From the NCBI GenBank assembly GCA_050950145.1, contig JBMNHB010000001.1, forward strand, positions 208,511 to 272,510: a stretch of DNA of 64,000 bases, given 5' to 3'. Positions 1 to 10,375 of the stretch are shown in pieces (the first letter of the stretch is position 1; every line of letters starts with the position of its first letter). A program made the position numbers and the translations under genes. The notes under the pieces were generated by a model. It saw only the letters and a program-made list of their open reading frames with translations, was not told the DNA's origin and ran no database searches. This DNA comes from Candidatus Dojkabacteria bacterium. Its GTDB lineage: Bacteria; Patescibacteriota; Dojkabacteria; SC72.

Positions 1-553
1 GTTTTGCTGCTTTTATATGTCCTAACATCTCTGATTCAAACTCATATCTATCCATATATGAATATACGGAATTAGCTGCTTTATTAGAGTATGCTCTGAA
101 TCCAGATTGACTATCCGAGGACATTGCACCGAAGAAAAGCAGGGTAATTAAGTTACCAACCTTGTTCATTAGTATTCTAGTTTTAGGAATATCATTAGAT
201 TTTTCAAGAAATCTACTTCCTATAACTACATCGGTAGTTCCTTTTTGAATAGGTTCAATGAGCTTCTGTATATCCTTAGGATTATGTTGTCCGTCAGAAT
301 CCATTGTTACAATGATATCTGCATTTAGAAGTTTAGCAGCATCTATACCTGTTTGAGTTGCAGCTCCCTTTCCTCTGTTAATTGGGTGTTTTACAACAAT
401 GACACCTGTAGATAATGCTTCTTTTGAGGTATTATCCTTACATCCATCATCTACTACTATAATGTTATCAAAACCTTCCTTTTTTATACCTTCTATCGTT
501 TTCTTGATAACTTTTCCCTCGTTGTATGCAGGAAGAACTATGTATGTACTCAT
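1..553 (-). CDS. Partial CDS (C-terminus runs off the left edge): GT2 glycosyltransferase, DPM1/GtrB/ArnC-like
   Basis: Hand translation of the minus strand from ATG at 553-551 gives MSTYIVLPAYNEG...VVDDGCKDNT...DSDGQH...SGFRAY. These are GT2 DxD and GFRAY-type motifs. This ORF is not in the supplied track because it is open at the edge. Confidence 0.6.
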   Translation of the reverse strand, partial: MSTYIVLPAYNEGKVIKKTIEGIKKEGFDNIIVVDDGCKDNTSKEALSTGVIVVKHPINRGKGAATQTGIDAAKLLNADIIVTMDSDGQHNPKDIQKLIEPIQKGTTDVVIGSRFLEKSNDIPKTRILMNKVGNLITLLFFGAMSSDSQSGFRAYSNKAANSVYSYMDRYEFESEMLGHIKAAK

Positions 554-571
554 ATCTTTATTATATTAAAT

Positions 572-1549
572 TTATAGTTTACTGTATACCCATAGGAAAG
601 TATTTTCTAAATGAAGTTTTTGTAGAAAAATGTATATCCATACTATCATTCTTATAGAGAAAACCTCTCCTTTAGGTCTAAAAGGTGATATATTTTTGTT
701 TTTGGAATACTTAGGATAGTTTTCTCTAACCCAGTTAAAAATTTGTTTTGCCTCTGACTTTAATATTGTATACTCTGTTTTTCTTCCTGAGTGTAGAATG
801 TAATAAATAGCTGTTTTAACAATGAAGTATTCTAGGAGGCTCTCTTCAATCTTAGACATCTTTGTTGATTTTGAATACTCTTTTATCTTTTCTAAAAGAG
901 GTATGAAGTCTACATTCTTTTTCATTCCTTTGTGTAGAGTATTGGATGTTGAGGTCTTTTTATCTACCCAGTTATAACCAGTATAGGGGATTGTTTCTAC
1001 TTTTAATTTGAGGTTAGTATTAATATTTAGTCCGATATCTTCTCCAATATTTAGATTTAGGAAGGAGATATTATTTTTGACTAAAGCATCTTTTCTGTAT
1101 ACTCTTCCCCAAGGTGTAATAAACATATATTTGGACCAGGGAGAATCAATTGGTTGTTTCTGATAAAGAACTTCTCCTTCCTCTGTGACTCTCCTATACC
1201 CACCAATAACAACATCACACTTTCTTTCTTCTATTTCATTTACAAAAGTTTCTACATAGTCAGGATCTATATAATCATCATTGTCTATAAAGAATAGATA
1301 TTTTCCAGATGAATACTTTATGCCATTGTTTCTAGTAGTAGCAATACCTGAGTTTTTCTGTGTGTATGCTTTTATTTTATTAGGATATTTCTTTTTATAC
1401 CTCTCTATTATCTCTTGAGATTTATCAACAGATCCATCATTTACCAATATAATTTCAAAATCTTGATCTGTTTGATTTAGAATACTATCTAGGCAGTAAG
1501 ATAGAGTTTTCTCTGCATTGTAAACAGGAATAATAAAAGAAGTTTTCAT
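572..1549 (-). CDS. Family 2 glycosyltransferase
   Basis: N-terminus IPVYNAEKTLSYCLDSILNQT...ILVNDGSVDKS...FIDNDD is the canonical GT2 (Glycos_transf_2) signature. Confidence 0.7.
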   Translation of the reverse strand: MKTSFIIPVYNAEKTLSYCLDSILNQTDQDFEIILVNDGSVDKSQEIIERYKKKYPNKIKAYTQKNSGIATTRNNGIKYSSGKYLFFIDNDDYIDPDYVETFVNEIEERKCDVVIGGYRRVTEEGEVLYQKQPIDSPWSKYMFITPWGRVYRKDALVKNNISFLNLNIGEDIGLNINTNLKLKVETIPYTGYNWVDKKTSTSNTLHKGMKKNVDFIPLLEKIKEYSKSTKMSKIEESLLEYFIVKTAIYYILHSGRKTEYTILKSEAKQIFNWVRENYPKYSKNKNISPFRPKGEVFSIRMIVWIYIFLQKLHLENTFLWVYSKL

Positions 1550-1693
1550 ATTATTATATTAATATTATTTGTGACTTCATTATATCAGAAGTCTATTACC
1601 AGTTTTAATAATCTCTTTGTTAATTGATTAAGAAGAGGTTGGAATTAGAGAGAATTTCCAATATAATAACTTAGTTATCTTACCAAAACATAT

Positions 1694-2968
1694 ATGAAAA
1701 AAGTATCAATAATAGGTCTTGGTTATGTTGGATTACCATTAGCTCTTGCAATAGAAAGAAGTGAGAAGTATGAAGTTGTAGGTTTTGATATTAGTAAAGA
1801 ACAAGTAAAGAAAATATTGTCAAAGAAATGTCCCATTACGGATAAACTAGCAGAGAGAGATCTTAAAGAGTTAGACCTTCATGCTACAACAGATAGTGAT
1901 GAGTTAGAGGATACAGACATTTTCATTATCTGCGTGCCTACACCAGTTCTTGATGATCATACTCCAGACTATACTCCAGTTATTAATGCAGGAGAGACAA
2001 TATCTAAATATCTTAAGAAAGGTGCAACAGTAGTTTTAGAATCAACTGTTAATCCTGGTACATGTGAGGAGATTTTAGTTCCTGTTTTGGAGAAGGGAAG
2101 TAAATTAATAGCAGGTAAAGACTTTAATGTTGCTATGTGTCCAGAGAGGATTAATCCTGGTGACCCTAAGTGGAATGTTTACAATATTCCTAGAAATATT
2201 GGTAGTTTAATAAAAGAGAAAACGAAAGAGATTGCTGATTTTTACAGGAGTTTCTTGGATGCAGAGATTAATGAAGTATCTACAATTAAGATAGCTGAGT
2301 CTACAAAGATAGTTGAGAATGCATTTAGGGATATTAATATTGCATATGTTAATGAGCTTGCTAAATCTTTTGATGCTATGGATATTGATTTAATTGAGAC
2401 TCTAAAGGGTGCTTCTAATAAACCTTTTTCTTTTATGGTACATTGGCCAAGTAGAGGAGTTGGAGGACATTGTATTGCAGTTGATCCATATTACTTAATT
2501 AAGAGGGCACAAGAGGCTGGTTTTGATCATAGGTTTTTGAAGATAGCTAGAGATATTAACAACAGTATGCCAGAGTATACTGTTTCTAGATTGCAAGAAG
2601 GACTTAATGAGATAGAGAAGTCAGTAAAGGGTACTAAGGTTGGTTTGTTAGGTTTGAGTTATAAATCTAATGTCGCAGACCTTAGAGAGAGTCCTAGCTT
2701 AGAGATATTGGATATATTAAAGAAGATGGGTGCAGATGTCATATCATATGATCCATATACCTTAGATATCTCTGATGTAAAAGAATTAGATGATTTGTTA
2801 GAGGAAGTTGATGCTATTATACTAGGTACATATCATGATACTTTTGGTGATTTAACAGAAGAGATACTTAAGAGGAAGAATATCAAGGTGGTAGTAGATG
2901 GGGTGAATAAGTTGGATAAGGAGAGGGTAGTAAAGGGTAAAGTTATATACAAGGGTATTGGGAGATAA
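1694..2968 (+). CDS. Nucleotide-sugar dehydrogenase (UDP-glucose/GDP-mannose dehydrogenase family)
   Basis: N-terminal Rossmann motif IIGLGYVGLPLA and the catalytic-Cys region GGHCIAVDPYY. Length is 424 aa. Confidence 0.85.
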   Translation: MKKVSIIGLGYVGLPLALAIERSEKYEVVGFDISKEQVKKILSKKCPITDKLAERDLKELDLHATTDSDELEDTDIFIICVPTPVLDDHTPDYTPVINAGETISKYLKKGATVVLESTVNPGTCEEILVPVLEKGSKLIAGKDFNVAMCPERINPGDPKWNVYNIPRNIGSLIKEKTKEIADFYRSFLDAEINEVSTIKIAESTKIVENAFRDINIAYVNELAKSFDAMDIDLIETLKGASNKPFSFMVHWPSRGVGGHCIAVDPYYLIKRAQEAGFDHRFLKIARDINNSMPEYTVSRLQEGLNEIEKSVKGTKVGLLGLSYKSNVADLRESPSLEILDILKKMGADVISYDPYTLDISDVKELDDLLEEVDAIILGTYHDTFGDLTEEILKRKNIKVVVDGVNKLDKERVVKGKVIYKGIGR

Positions 2969-2985
2969 TATTAAAAAAGACAGAT

Positions 2986-3627
2986 ATGAACATAGAAGAA
3001 TACGCTAAAAAACATCCAAAGTTTAAGGGAGCAACCCTTTCTCCACTGATTCTTGAGAAGATAGAAAAACTTCCAAAAGGTTCAAAGATATTAGACATAG
3101 GTTGTGCTGAGGGTTTTACAATTAAAGAGCTCTTTGACATATTCGGTAAGAAATATGAATATACAGGTGTTGATCTCTCTGAGACAAGAATTGAAAAAGC
3201 AAAAGAATTAAAGTTACCAAATACCGAGTTTATAGTTTCTACTGGAGAGGATATGCCTCTAAAGAATAACACTTTTGACTGTGTTTTAAGTTCACAGGTT
3301 TTAGAACATGTAGAAGATGAGAATGCTTTTCTTTCTGAAATTAATAGAGTTTTGAAACTAGGAGGTATATTTGAGATAGATACTGTGTTCAAGAAGAAAT
3401 GGGCTTGGTATTTTTACAGATCGCCAATGGGTTGGGCATTAGATCCTACACATTTAAGAGAATATGCAGATATTAGTGTTCTTGAGGAGTTGTTTAAAAA
3501 AACAAATCTTAAGATAGAAGAAATACATTTAGTTCAGGCAAAAAGAGATTTAGGGAAAATATTACCTGTCAAGATAACCTTACCTATACTTGGTTATTAC
3601 ACAATTTATATTTTAGGAAAGAAGTAA
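2986..3627 (+). CDS. Class I SAM-dependent methyltransferase
   Basis: ILDIGCAEGF motif I (Methyltransf_11/25-like). Sits inside the glycan locus. Confidence 0.7.
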   Translation: MNIEEYAKKHPKFKGATLSPLILEKIEKLPKGSKILDIGCAEGFTIKELFDIFGKKYEYTGVDLSETRIEKAKELKLPNTEFIVSTGEDMPLKNNTFDCVLSSQVLEHVEDENAFLSEINRVLKLGGIFEIDTVFKKKWAWYFYRSPMGWALDPTHLREYADISVLEELFKKTNLKIEEIHLVQAKRDLGKILPVKITLPILGYYTIYILGKK

Positions 3628-3633
3628 TCAACT

Positions 3634-4584
3634 ATGAAACTACTAATATACATGCCTGCCCTTAATGAAGAGAAAGGATTAGGTGGAGTAATCAAAGACC
3701 TACCTAAGAAGATAGAAGGTATTGATGAGATAAAGACATTGGTTGTAGATGATGGTAGTACAGATAGGACAGCTGACATTGCAAGAAAGAATGGTGCAGA
3801 TGTAATTAGTCATGGTACAAATAAGGGAGTAGGTAGTGCATTTCATAGTGCAGTAGATTATGCATTGGATAATAGGGTGGATATCTTAGTGAGTATAGAT
3901 GCTGATAGACAATTTAATAGTAAACAGATACCAGACATAATACAACCGATACTAAAAAATGAAGCTGATATGGTTACAGGTGATAGATTTCATAGTGGTA
4001 TGCCAGAGAATATGTCTAAGACAAAGTATTGGGGTAACAAACAGATGTCTAGGTTAATATCATTGATAAGTGGTAAGAAGTTTAGAGATGTATCATGTGG
4101 TTTTAGAGCATACAGTAGAGAGGCATTACTGAAGTTAAATCTTTTTGGTCAGTTTACGTATACTCAAGAGACTATCATGGATATGGTTTTTAAGGGTATG
4201 AGGGTTATAGAGTTTCCAATAGATATTAAATATTTTAAGGAGAGAAAATCTAGAGTAGCTAGTAGTATTCTGAACTATATGTTTAGAACATTAAAAATAA
4301 TCATTCGTACAGTAAGAGATTACAAACCTATGATTTTCTTTGGAGGTATGGGAGGAGTTATGTTGATTATTGGACTTGGTTTTGAGATATTCCTCTTCTA
4401 TCACTATTTCACACAAGGTAGCTTCTCTCCATACAAATCAGTTGGGTTCATAGGTTTAGGTTTTCTAATATTTGGTTTGTTATTGGTGATAGTAGCATTG
4501 TTAGCAGATATGTTTAATAGAGTAAGAATTAATCAAGAGAAGATACTTTATGAATTAAAGAAAGGGAAGTATGAAAGAAAATAA
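3634..4584 (+). CDS. GT2 glycosyltransferase, polyprenyl-phosphate sugar synthase-like (DPM1/GtrB-type) with C-terminal TM helices
   Basis: VVDDGSTDRT, SIDADRQ and CGFRAYSREAL motifs, followed by two hydrophobic C-terminal helices. Confidence 0.75.
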   Translation: MKLLIYMPALNEEKGLGGVIKDLPKKIEGIDEIKTLVVDDGSTDRTADIARKNGADVISHGTNKGVGSAFHSAVDYALDNRVDILVSIDADRQFNSKQIPDIIQPILKNEADMVTGDRFHSGMPENMSKTKYWGNKQMSRLISLISGKKFRDVSCGFRAYSREALLKLNLFGQFTYTQETIMDMVFKGMRVIEFPIDIKYFKERKSRVASSILNYMFRTLKIIIRTVRDYKPMIFFGGMGGVMLIIGLGFEIFLFYHYFTQGSFSPYKSVGFIGLGFLIFGLLLVIVALLADMFNRVRINQEKILYELKKGKYERK

Positions 4585-5668
4585 AAAAATATACATAATT
4601 CTTGGAACTAGAGCACAATTTATCAAAATGGCTCCTATTATGGCAGAGATGAAGAAGAGGAATTTGCCTTACACTTTGATATACACAGCTCAACACAGAG
4701 AAAATGTACAAGAAATTTTAGATGTATATGGATTGAGAAAGCCAGATATGAATATATATGATGGAGAAGAGTCTAATACTATGTCTAAAGGTTTTAGATG
4801 GATGTTTGATATGCTCTTTAAAGCTCTTTTTAAAGCTAAGAAATATTTACCAGAGAAGGGGATTGTTCTAACACATGGTGATACCTTTACAGCTTGGCTA
4901 GCTGCCTTAATGGGTAAAAGAGCAGGGTGTAAAGTAGGTCATGTAGAGTCAGGTCTTAGATCTTTTAATATCTTTAGTCCTTTCCCAGAAGAGATTTCTA
5001 GATTAATAACTTTTAGATTGTCTGATATATATTTCTGTGCAGATGAGTGGTCTATGAACAATCTTAAGAAGTACAAAGGAGAAAAATTTAATATTGGTGC
5101 TAATACAATGCTTGATGGTGTGAAGTTTGCAGTTGAAAGTGGTAAGAAGAGTAGTTTTGATTTTCAAAAAGAACCTTATGTAATGGTATCTATACATAGA
5201 TATGAGAATATATTTAAAGATAGGTTTACAGAAATAATAATTCCATATCTTAAGGATATCTCTAAGAAACATAAGTTGGTTGTTACTCTTCATCCAACTA
5301 CAAGAGAAAGGTTAAAGGAGTTAAATCTTTATGATGAGTTAGATAAAGATAAGAATATTACATTGCATAAGAGGTTTGATTTTGTAGATTGGATAAATGT
5401 TTGTAATGATGCGGAGTTTGTAATATCTGATGGTGGCAGTAATCAGGAAGAGCTTAGTTATTTGAGAGTTCCAACGTTACTATTTAGAGATCATACAGAG
5501 AGGAAGGAAGGATTGGGGGAGAATGTTGTATTATCAATGTTTGACAAGGAGCTTATAGATAATTTTGTAGATAATTACAATGATTACAGAAGAGAACCTC
5601 TTTTTAGCAAGATACATCCTAGTAGTAATATAGTGAATTATTTAATAAAAGAGAGGTATGGAAAGTAG
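4571..5668 (+). CDS. UDP-N-acetylglucosamine 2-epimerase-like protein (Epimerase_2 fold)
   Basis: N-terminus ILGTRAQFIKMAPIM resembles the WecB/NeuC GTRPEAIKMAPL motif. Overall divergent. Confidence 0.5.
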   Translation: MKENKKIYIILGTRAQFIKMAPIMAEMKKRNLPYTLIYTAQHRENVQEILDVYGLRKPDMNIYDGEESNTMSKGFRWMFDMLFKALFKAKKYLPEKGIVLTHGDTFTAWLAALMGKRAGCKVGHVESGLRSFNIFSPFPEEISRLITFRLSDIYFCADEWSMNNLKKYKGEKFNIGANTMLDGVKFAVESGKKSSFDFQKEPYVMVSIHRYENIFKDRFTEIIIPYLKDISKKHKLVVTLHPTTRERLKELNLYDELDKDKNITLHKRFDFVDWINVCNDAEFVISDGGSNQEELSYLRVPTLLFRDHTERKEGLGENVVLSMFDKELIDNFVDNYNDYRREPLFSKIHPSSNIVNYLIKERYGK

Positions 5669-5715
5669 AATAGTTATGTAATCTAGGTGTTGTCTAATTT
5701 TATTAATCAAATACT

Positions 5716-6693
5716 ATGAAAGTCTCAATAGTTCTTCCAGTTTATAATGGTGAGGAGACATTAAAAAATTGCCTTCAAGCAATTTTAGATATTGATTATC
5801 CCGCAAAAGACTACCAGCTAACTGTGGTAAATGATGGTTCAAAAGACAAATCTTTGAATATTATGAAATCTTTTGTATCTAAGTTTAAGAAGAAGGGAGT
5901 AGATATTAATATTGTGGATTTAAAAAAGAATCAGGGAAGAGTGAAAGCAAGGATGGCAGGTGCTGAGAAAGCTAAATATGACAACCTTCTATTCATTGAT
6001 CATAGGTGTATAGCAGATAAAGATATTCTTAAAAATATTAAGAAAAAAGATTATGAGCCAATAATAGGGAATCTATATCAGGAAAGAGAAGGTACGTTAA
6101 TAAATAGGTTCTTCTATACCTTTAGGTATCTGCTTTATAAACCATATTTCGGTTTAGAATATCCAGAAGTTTATATAAACAAAAGGAATTTTGATAATAT
6201 TTCAAAAGGAACCAGTCCATTTTTTTGTGATAAGCAGAGATTTTTCGAATCTTTGCCAGAGAATAAAAATGATTGGGCAAGTGATGATACTCTTGTCTTT
6301 AGGATTATTGTAAAGAAGAAGGAGATATTGAAAACTTCGGAAGTAAGATGTTTGTACCTTGAGAGGCATGCTCCAAAGGAATTCTTTAAACACCTCTACG
6401 AGAGAGGTCCAAAGTTTGTCGACTATTATTCTAATCCCAAAACGAAATACTTTTTCATTATACCTGCTTTATTATTATTTCCTTTTGTATTTTTAGGGTT
6501 GGTTTTTTTATTAAAGTGGGGTTTTCTATATCTTATTGGGATTCTAGCTCTTCTAGTGTTGTTTTATTTGTTATTTAATGGTTTTGTATTTGTGGATTTT
6601 ATCGCAATGATATTTGTGGGTTTCCCTGTCTTATTATCGTTTACAGCAGGGGTATACAAAGGTGTTTTAATAAAATTGTTTAAGAAAAGATAA
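5716..6693 (+). CDS. GT2 glycosyltransferase with C-terminal membrane anchor
   Basis: VLPVYNGEETLKNCLQAIL...VVNDGSKDKS GT2 motif, plus a C-terminal hydrophobic region. Confidence 0.65.
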   Translation: MKVSIVLPVYNGEETLKNCLQAILDIDYPAKDYQLTVVNDGSKDKSLNIMKSFVSKFKKKGVDINIVDLKKNQGRVKARMAGAEKAKYDNLLFIDHRCIADKDILKNIKKKDYEPIIGNLYQEREGTLINRFFYTFRYLLYKPYFGLEYPEVYINKRNFDNISKGTSPFFCDKQRFFESLPENKNDWASDDTLVFRIIVKKKEILKTSEVRCLYLERHAPKEFFKHLYERGPKFVDYYSNPKTKYFFIIPALLLFPFVFLGLVFLLKWGFLYLIGILALLVLFYLLFNGFVFVDFIAMIFVGFPVLLSFTAGVYKGVLIKLFKKR

Positions 6694-7652
6694 TGAAAAA
6701 CATCTTTGATTCTCTTAAAAAGCATAAACGAGTTATTAAATATGCTTTTACCCTTATTGTTCTAGTATTAATGGTGTATTACCTATGTAAAAACAGAGAT
6801 ATTCTTTCTTTGTTAGAGAAACTAGATTTTAAATATGTTATTGTTATTTTTTTTGTACAAATTGTTGGGGTTTTTCTAATAGCTTTTACTAATAGGGAGG
6901 TTATTAGTATTCTTCGTAAAGAGATTCCTCTAATGGAAGCTTTTATGCTTCAATATGTAAATAGTTTTCTTAACAGGATTATCTCTGAGGCAGGTGCTGT
7001 TTACAGAGGGGTTTTTCTTAAAGAGGTCTATAAACTTCCCTATACAAAATATATCTCTACCATAGCTAGTCTCTATTTGATTAACTTTCTTTCTTACTCA
7101 GTTATAGGACTTCTTTCTTTGTTATATATCTATTTACACCATCATAGAATCAGTTATATTGTTCTTGTTTTATTTTTTGTTGTGCTAATAACCTCAATTG
7201 TCATTATTGTAATAAATCCCTATTTGAAAAATAAGAAAAGGAATAAATTGTTAACATGGATAATCAGTATTCTAGAAGGATGGAAAGATATAAAGAGAGA
7301 GAAGGGAAAATTAGTTATACTGACTTTGTTATCAATTGGAACTCTAATTTTAGCTACTGTGCAATCAGTTCTCGTTTATAAAGGTTTAGGATTCAAAATA
7401 GGTTTTATGGAGACTCTGTATATGTCATCACTTGCTGCAATTACAACTTTTGTTAATATAACACCAGACAACCTTGGTCTTAGGGAAGGTGTGTATATGT
7501 TTACCTCTGATGTAATAGGATTAGATTCAGATGTAATTCTTTTAGGTTCATTGATTATAAGAGCAATATCATTAGTAAATACATTCTTAATAGGGGGAAT
7601 ATCATACTTAATACTTGTTCCTCGTTATAGAAGTGCAAAAGGAGGTAGATAA
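6693..7652 (+). CDS. Polytopic membrane protein, flippase-like (UPF0104/LPG-synthase-TM-like)
   Basis: About 8 predicted TM helices. Start is adjacent to the upstream GT2 stop (6693), and the gene sits in a glycan locus. Confidence 0.4.
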   Translation: MKNIFDSLKKHKRVIKYAFTLIVLVLMVYYLCKNRDILSLLEKLDFKYVIVIFFVQIVGVFLIAFTNREVISILRKEIPLMEAFMLQYVNSFLNRIISEAGAVYRGVFLKEVYKLPYTKYISTIASLYLINFLSYSVIGLLSLLYIYLHHHRISYIVLVLFFVVLITSIVIIVINPYLKNKKRNKLLTWIISILEGWKDIKREKGKLVILTLLSIGTLILATVQSVLVYKGLGFKIGFMETLYMSSLAAITTFVNITPDNLGLREGVYMFTSDVIGLDSDVILLGSLIIRAISLVNTFLIGGISYLILVPRYRSAKGGR

Positions 7653-7664
7653 TGTTCCTTTCAC

Positions 7665-8456
7665 CTAGTTGTTTTGTAACAATCTCTTGAATTTCTCTTT
7701 GTAAAAATAGAAATTTGTTTTGTGTCTGGTCGTTATAATATCATTCTCTGTTAATTTTTCTATCTCAGCAAATAAACCTTCTTTTTCATTTTCAAAGACC
7801 TCTTTGAAGATTTCTACTAACTCATTTTCTAAGAGTTTTTGCTTTTTTCTGTTAAATCTATTGTGTCTTTTATTTCGAATTAAAAAGTAGGTGTAAAAAT
7901 AAAAATGATCGGATAGCAAGGATTCTCCTTTTCTCTCTTTACTGTCTATGAAAGAAACCTTCCTGTTGGCATCTACCAAAATATTGTAAATAGTAAAGTC
8001 TCCATGAAGATTAGTTCTGTCTGTTTTTACAAATTTTAGATGCTCTTTTAAAATAGAGACAATCAAATCCTTGTTTTCAATTTCAGTGGAATGAAAATCA
8101 TAATGTATTGGATAACCTTTAAAATTTTCTTTTGTAAAATTACCTAATTTATCCTCTCCAATAATATATTTACCGTTTCTATTTTTACAGAAGTAAAGGG
8201 TAGAGTCAGAACCCTTGTAAATTAAATAACAATCTTTATGTGGTACAGGTGTGTCTTTTTTAAGGAATAATTGGAAGATGGAAGAAAAGAATTGGTTAGT
8301 TCTAATTCTTACTACGAATTGTGGATACTTTTTATTTACTAATACCTGAAAGTCTTTATTATTAAAGACCTTTGTAGTTTTATAATAAATATCAGTTCCA
8401 ATCTTAATAGGGGAGAATTTGTAAAAGGTTTCTATCGTAGTAGATTTATTTTTCAT
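7665..8456 (-). CDS. Protein-kinase-like fold protein (possible sugar/LPS-type kinase)
   Basis: HGDFTIYNILVD and FIDSKE resemble the catalytic-loop (HGDxxxxN) and cation-binding (IDxE/DFG-like) motifs of Kdo/WaaP/APH-type kinases. Confidence 0.35.
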   Translation of the reverse strand: MKNKSTTIETFYKFSPIKIGTDIYYKTTKVFNNKDFQVLVNKKYPQFVVRIRTNQFFSSIFQLFLKKDTPVPHKDCYLIYKGSDSTLYFCKNRNGKYIIGEDKLGNFTKENFKGYPIHYDFHSTEIENKDLIVSILKEHLKFVKTDRTNLHGDFTIYNILVDANRKVSFIDSKERKGESLLSDHFYFYTYFLIRNKRHNRFNRKKQKLLENELVEIFKEVFENEKEGLFAEIEKLTENDIITTRHKTNFYFYKEKFKRLLQNN

Positions 8457-8519
8457 GCTTTCTATTTTACAAGTTTATGTGTAGAATACTGTAGTTAATT
8501 TTACCATATTGTTGATTAA

Positions 8520-9212
8520 ATGAAGTTATTTCAATATGTATATGAGTTTATAGATAGAGTTAAAGCTAGATTTGTTAATAAGTACCAATTTAAGAAAGGT
8601 TATATCACAAAGATAGAGTATGAGTTAAGGAAGGAGTTTTTAAAGTCAGCAGAACAATTTGGAGCAAATAATTTCTATCAAAACTATCCACCACTTAGGA
8701 TTAGTGGCGGACGATCTTCACTCTGTCGATTTAAGGTGTATGAAATGGAAAAGTGGTTGAATAAGGATGTGGAAATATTGGATGTTGGAGGGAATATTGG
8801 TTTCTTTTCTCTGTATTTATCACGTTTTGTTAAATCTATTACTATTGTAGAGCAGAATCATAGGTTACTTAATGTTGGTAGGAAGTTGGCAGATTATGAG
8901 AAGATAGGGAATGTAAAGTTTATTGAGAAAGATTTTAAGAAGTTTACTACAGATAAAAAATTTGATGTTGTTATGAGTTTGGCAATACATAAGTGGGTAG
9001 GTATGGAGTTTGAAGATTATCTAAAGAAGATACACGGTTTGTTAAAGAAGGGTGGTTTAGTGTTAATGGAGAGTCATTTGATATATGGGAAGACAGGGGA
9101 TTTGATTAAAGACAAGTTGAGTAAATCTAAGTTATTTGAAATTGTTGAAAAAGGAGCAATAGATGATCATGAGGGTAATTATAGGGAGTTTTATTGGATT
9201 AGGGTGAGGTAG
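8520..9212 (+). CDS. FkbM-family SAM-dependent methyltransferase
   Basis: ILDVGGNIGFFSLYLS matches the FkbM DxGANxGxxS motif. Confidence 0.6.
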   Translation: MKLFQYVYEFIDRVKARFVNKYQFKKGYITKIEYELRKEFLKSAEQFGANNFYQNYPPLRISGGRSSLCRFKVYEMEKWLNKDVEILDVGGNIGFFSLYLSRFVKSITIVEQNHRLLNVGRKLADYEKIGNVKFIEKDFKKFTTDKKFDVVMSLAIHKWVGMEFEDYLKKIHGLLKKGGLVLMESHLIYGKTGDLIKDKLSKSKLFEIVEKGAIDDHEGNYREFYWIRVR

Positions 9213-9237
9213 ATTTTACAGGTAAGATAATCTATGT

Positions 9238-10299
9238 TTAATGCCTCTTGATAAATGTTCTCAGCTTTTTCCTAATACTTAGTGGAATAATCCTTCTTCT
9301 TATTTTCTCCCAACGAGTTTCATTTTTAATACTTTCAATCTTTCTACCCTCACCATCTTTAATAATATCGTAATTGATTTCTTTTCCTTCAATGAGAGTT
9401 GTTATTATATTGTAATACTTCTCATCACTTATCATATTGTAGATATCATAATCTTTGGGTGTTATTTGTTTTAAAATCTGCAACCCAATATAGGCATAAT
9501 ACAAACCATTTTCTTGGAAAGTTAGTAAGAATCCTGTAATGTACTTTTTAATTTTAGAATAATTTCCTTTAAGAGTTTTTTCTAGAGAGTCTATATATTT
9601 GTCATACATAAGAAGTATTTCTGCTTTCATTCTAATGGTGTTTGTAGTAGTTTCATTAAGACCATGCCATCTGTAATAAGTTAGGATATCACCACACCTT
9701 CCTATTTTAATATGTGGTAACATCTTTATCCAAAGTTCAAGATCATAGGCTGTAATAAGTTTAGTACTGAACATTCCATATTGCTCAAACAAAATCTTTT
9801 TTAACATTACAGCAGATTTACAAAGATAGTTACCATTAAAAAACTTGAACTCTATATCTGGTCCGAATATTTTTTCAGGATCAAATGTATTCCACCAGAG
9901 ATTAAAAAACTTGTCATTAGAATTTTTACCCTCAGCATCTACAGCAGATACTTTTGTAGTGACTAAGTCATACCCTTTTTCTAACATTTGTACCTGTTTT
10001 TCCAGTTTTTTGGGGTGATAGAAGTCATCTGCATCTAGAAAACAAATATAGTCGCCTTTAGCCAGTTTAAATGCCTTATTAAGTGTTTTTGTCACTCCTT
10101 GATTAGTTTGTGTATATAGACGAATTCTTTTATTTTTAGTATATGGCTTTATTATATTAACCGAGTTATCTGACGAGCCATCATCAATAATTATTAACTC
10201 CCAATTTGCATAGGTTTGTTTTAACACTGAGTTGATTGCAACTTCAATGTATCTCTCATAATTATATGATGGTAATAAAATACTTACTTTTTTGGTCAT
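9238..10299 (-). CDS. GT2 glycosyltransferase
   Basis: ILLPSYNYERYIEVAINSVLKQTY...IIIDDGSSDNS...FLDADD. The C-terminal basic amphipathic tail is discussed in the findings. Confidence 0.75.
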   Translation of the reverse strand: MTKKVSILLPSYNYERYIEVAINSVLKQTYANWELIIIDDGSSDNSVNIIKPYTKNKRIRLYTQTNQGVTKTLNKAFKLAKGDYICFLDADDFYHPKKLEKQVQMLEKGYDLVTTKVSAVDAEGKNSNDKFFNLWWNTFDPEKIFGPDIEFKFFNGNYLCKSAVMLKKILFEQYGMFSTKLITAYDLELWIKMLPHIKIGRCGDILTYYRWHGLNETTTNTIRMKAEILLMYDKYIDSLEKTLKGNYSKIKKYITGFLLTFQENGLYYAYIGLQILKQITPKDYDIYNMISDEKYYNIITTLIEGKEINYDIIKDGEGRKIESIKNETRWEKIRRRIIPLSIRKKLRTFIKRH

Positions 10300-10375
10300 A
10301 GTATCTTTTTATTAATTGTTAGGGTAAAATTATATCCATATGTAAAAAACAAATCAATTTTTAAAATGGTCAATC

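Noticed and set aside
2943-3392. 149-aa minus-strand ORF overlapping the SAM-methyltransferase gene
   Set aside because: It is antisense to a well-supported methyltransferase and has no motif, so it is most likely a shadow ORF. The same reasoning applies to the minus-strand ORFs 36504-36968, 59286-59855, 20303-20488, 20587-20907, 29822-30040, 30850-31182, 31393-31728, 42490-42951 and 48466-48729. It also applies to the plus-strand ORFs 52036-52368 and 54401-54897, which lie inside the minus-strand MTase and mnmA genes.
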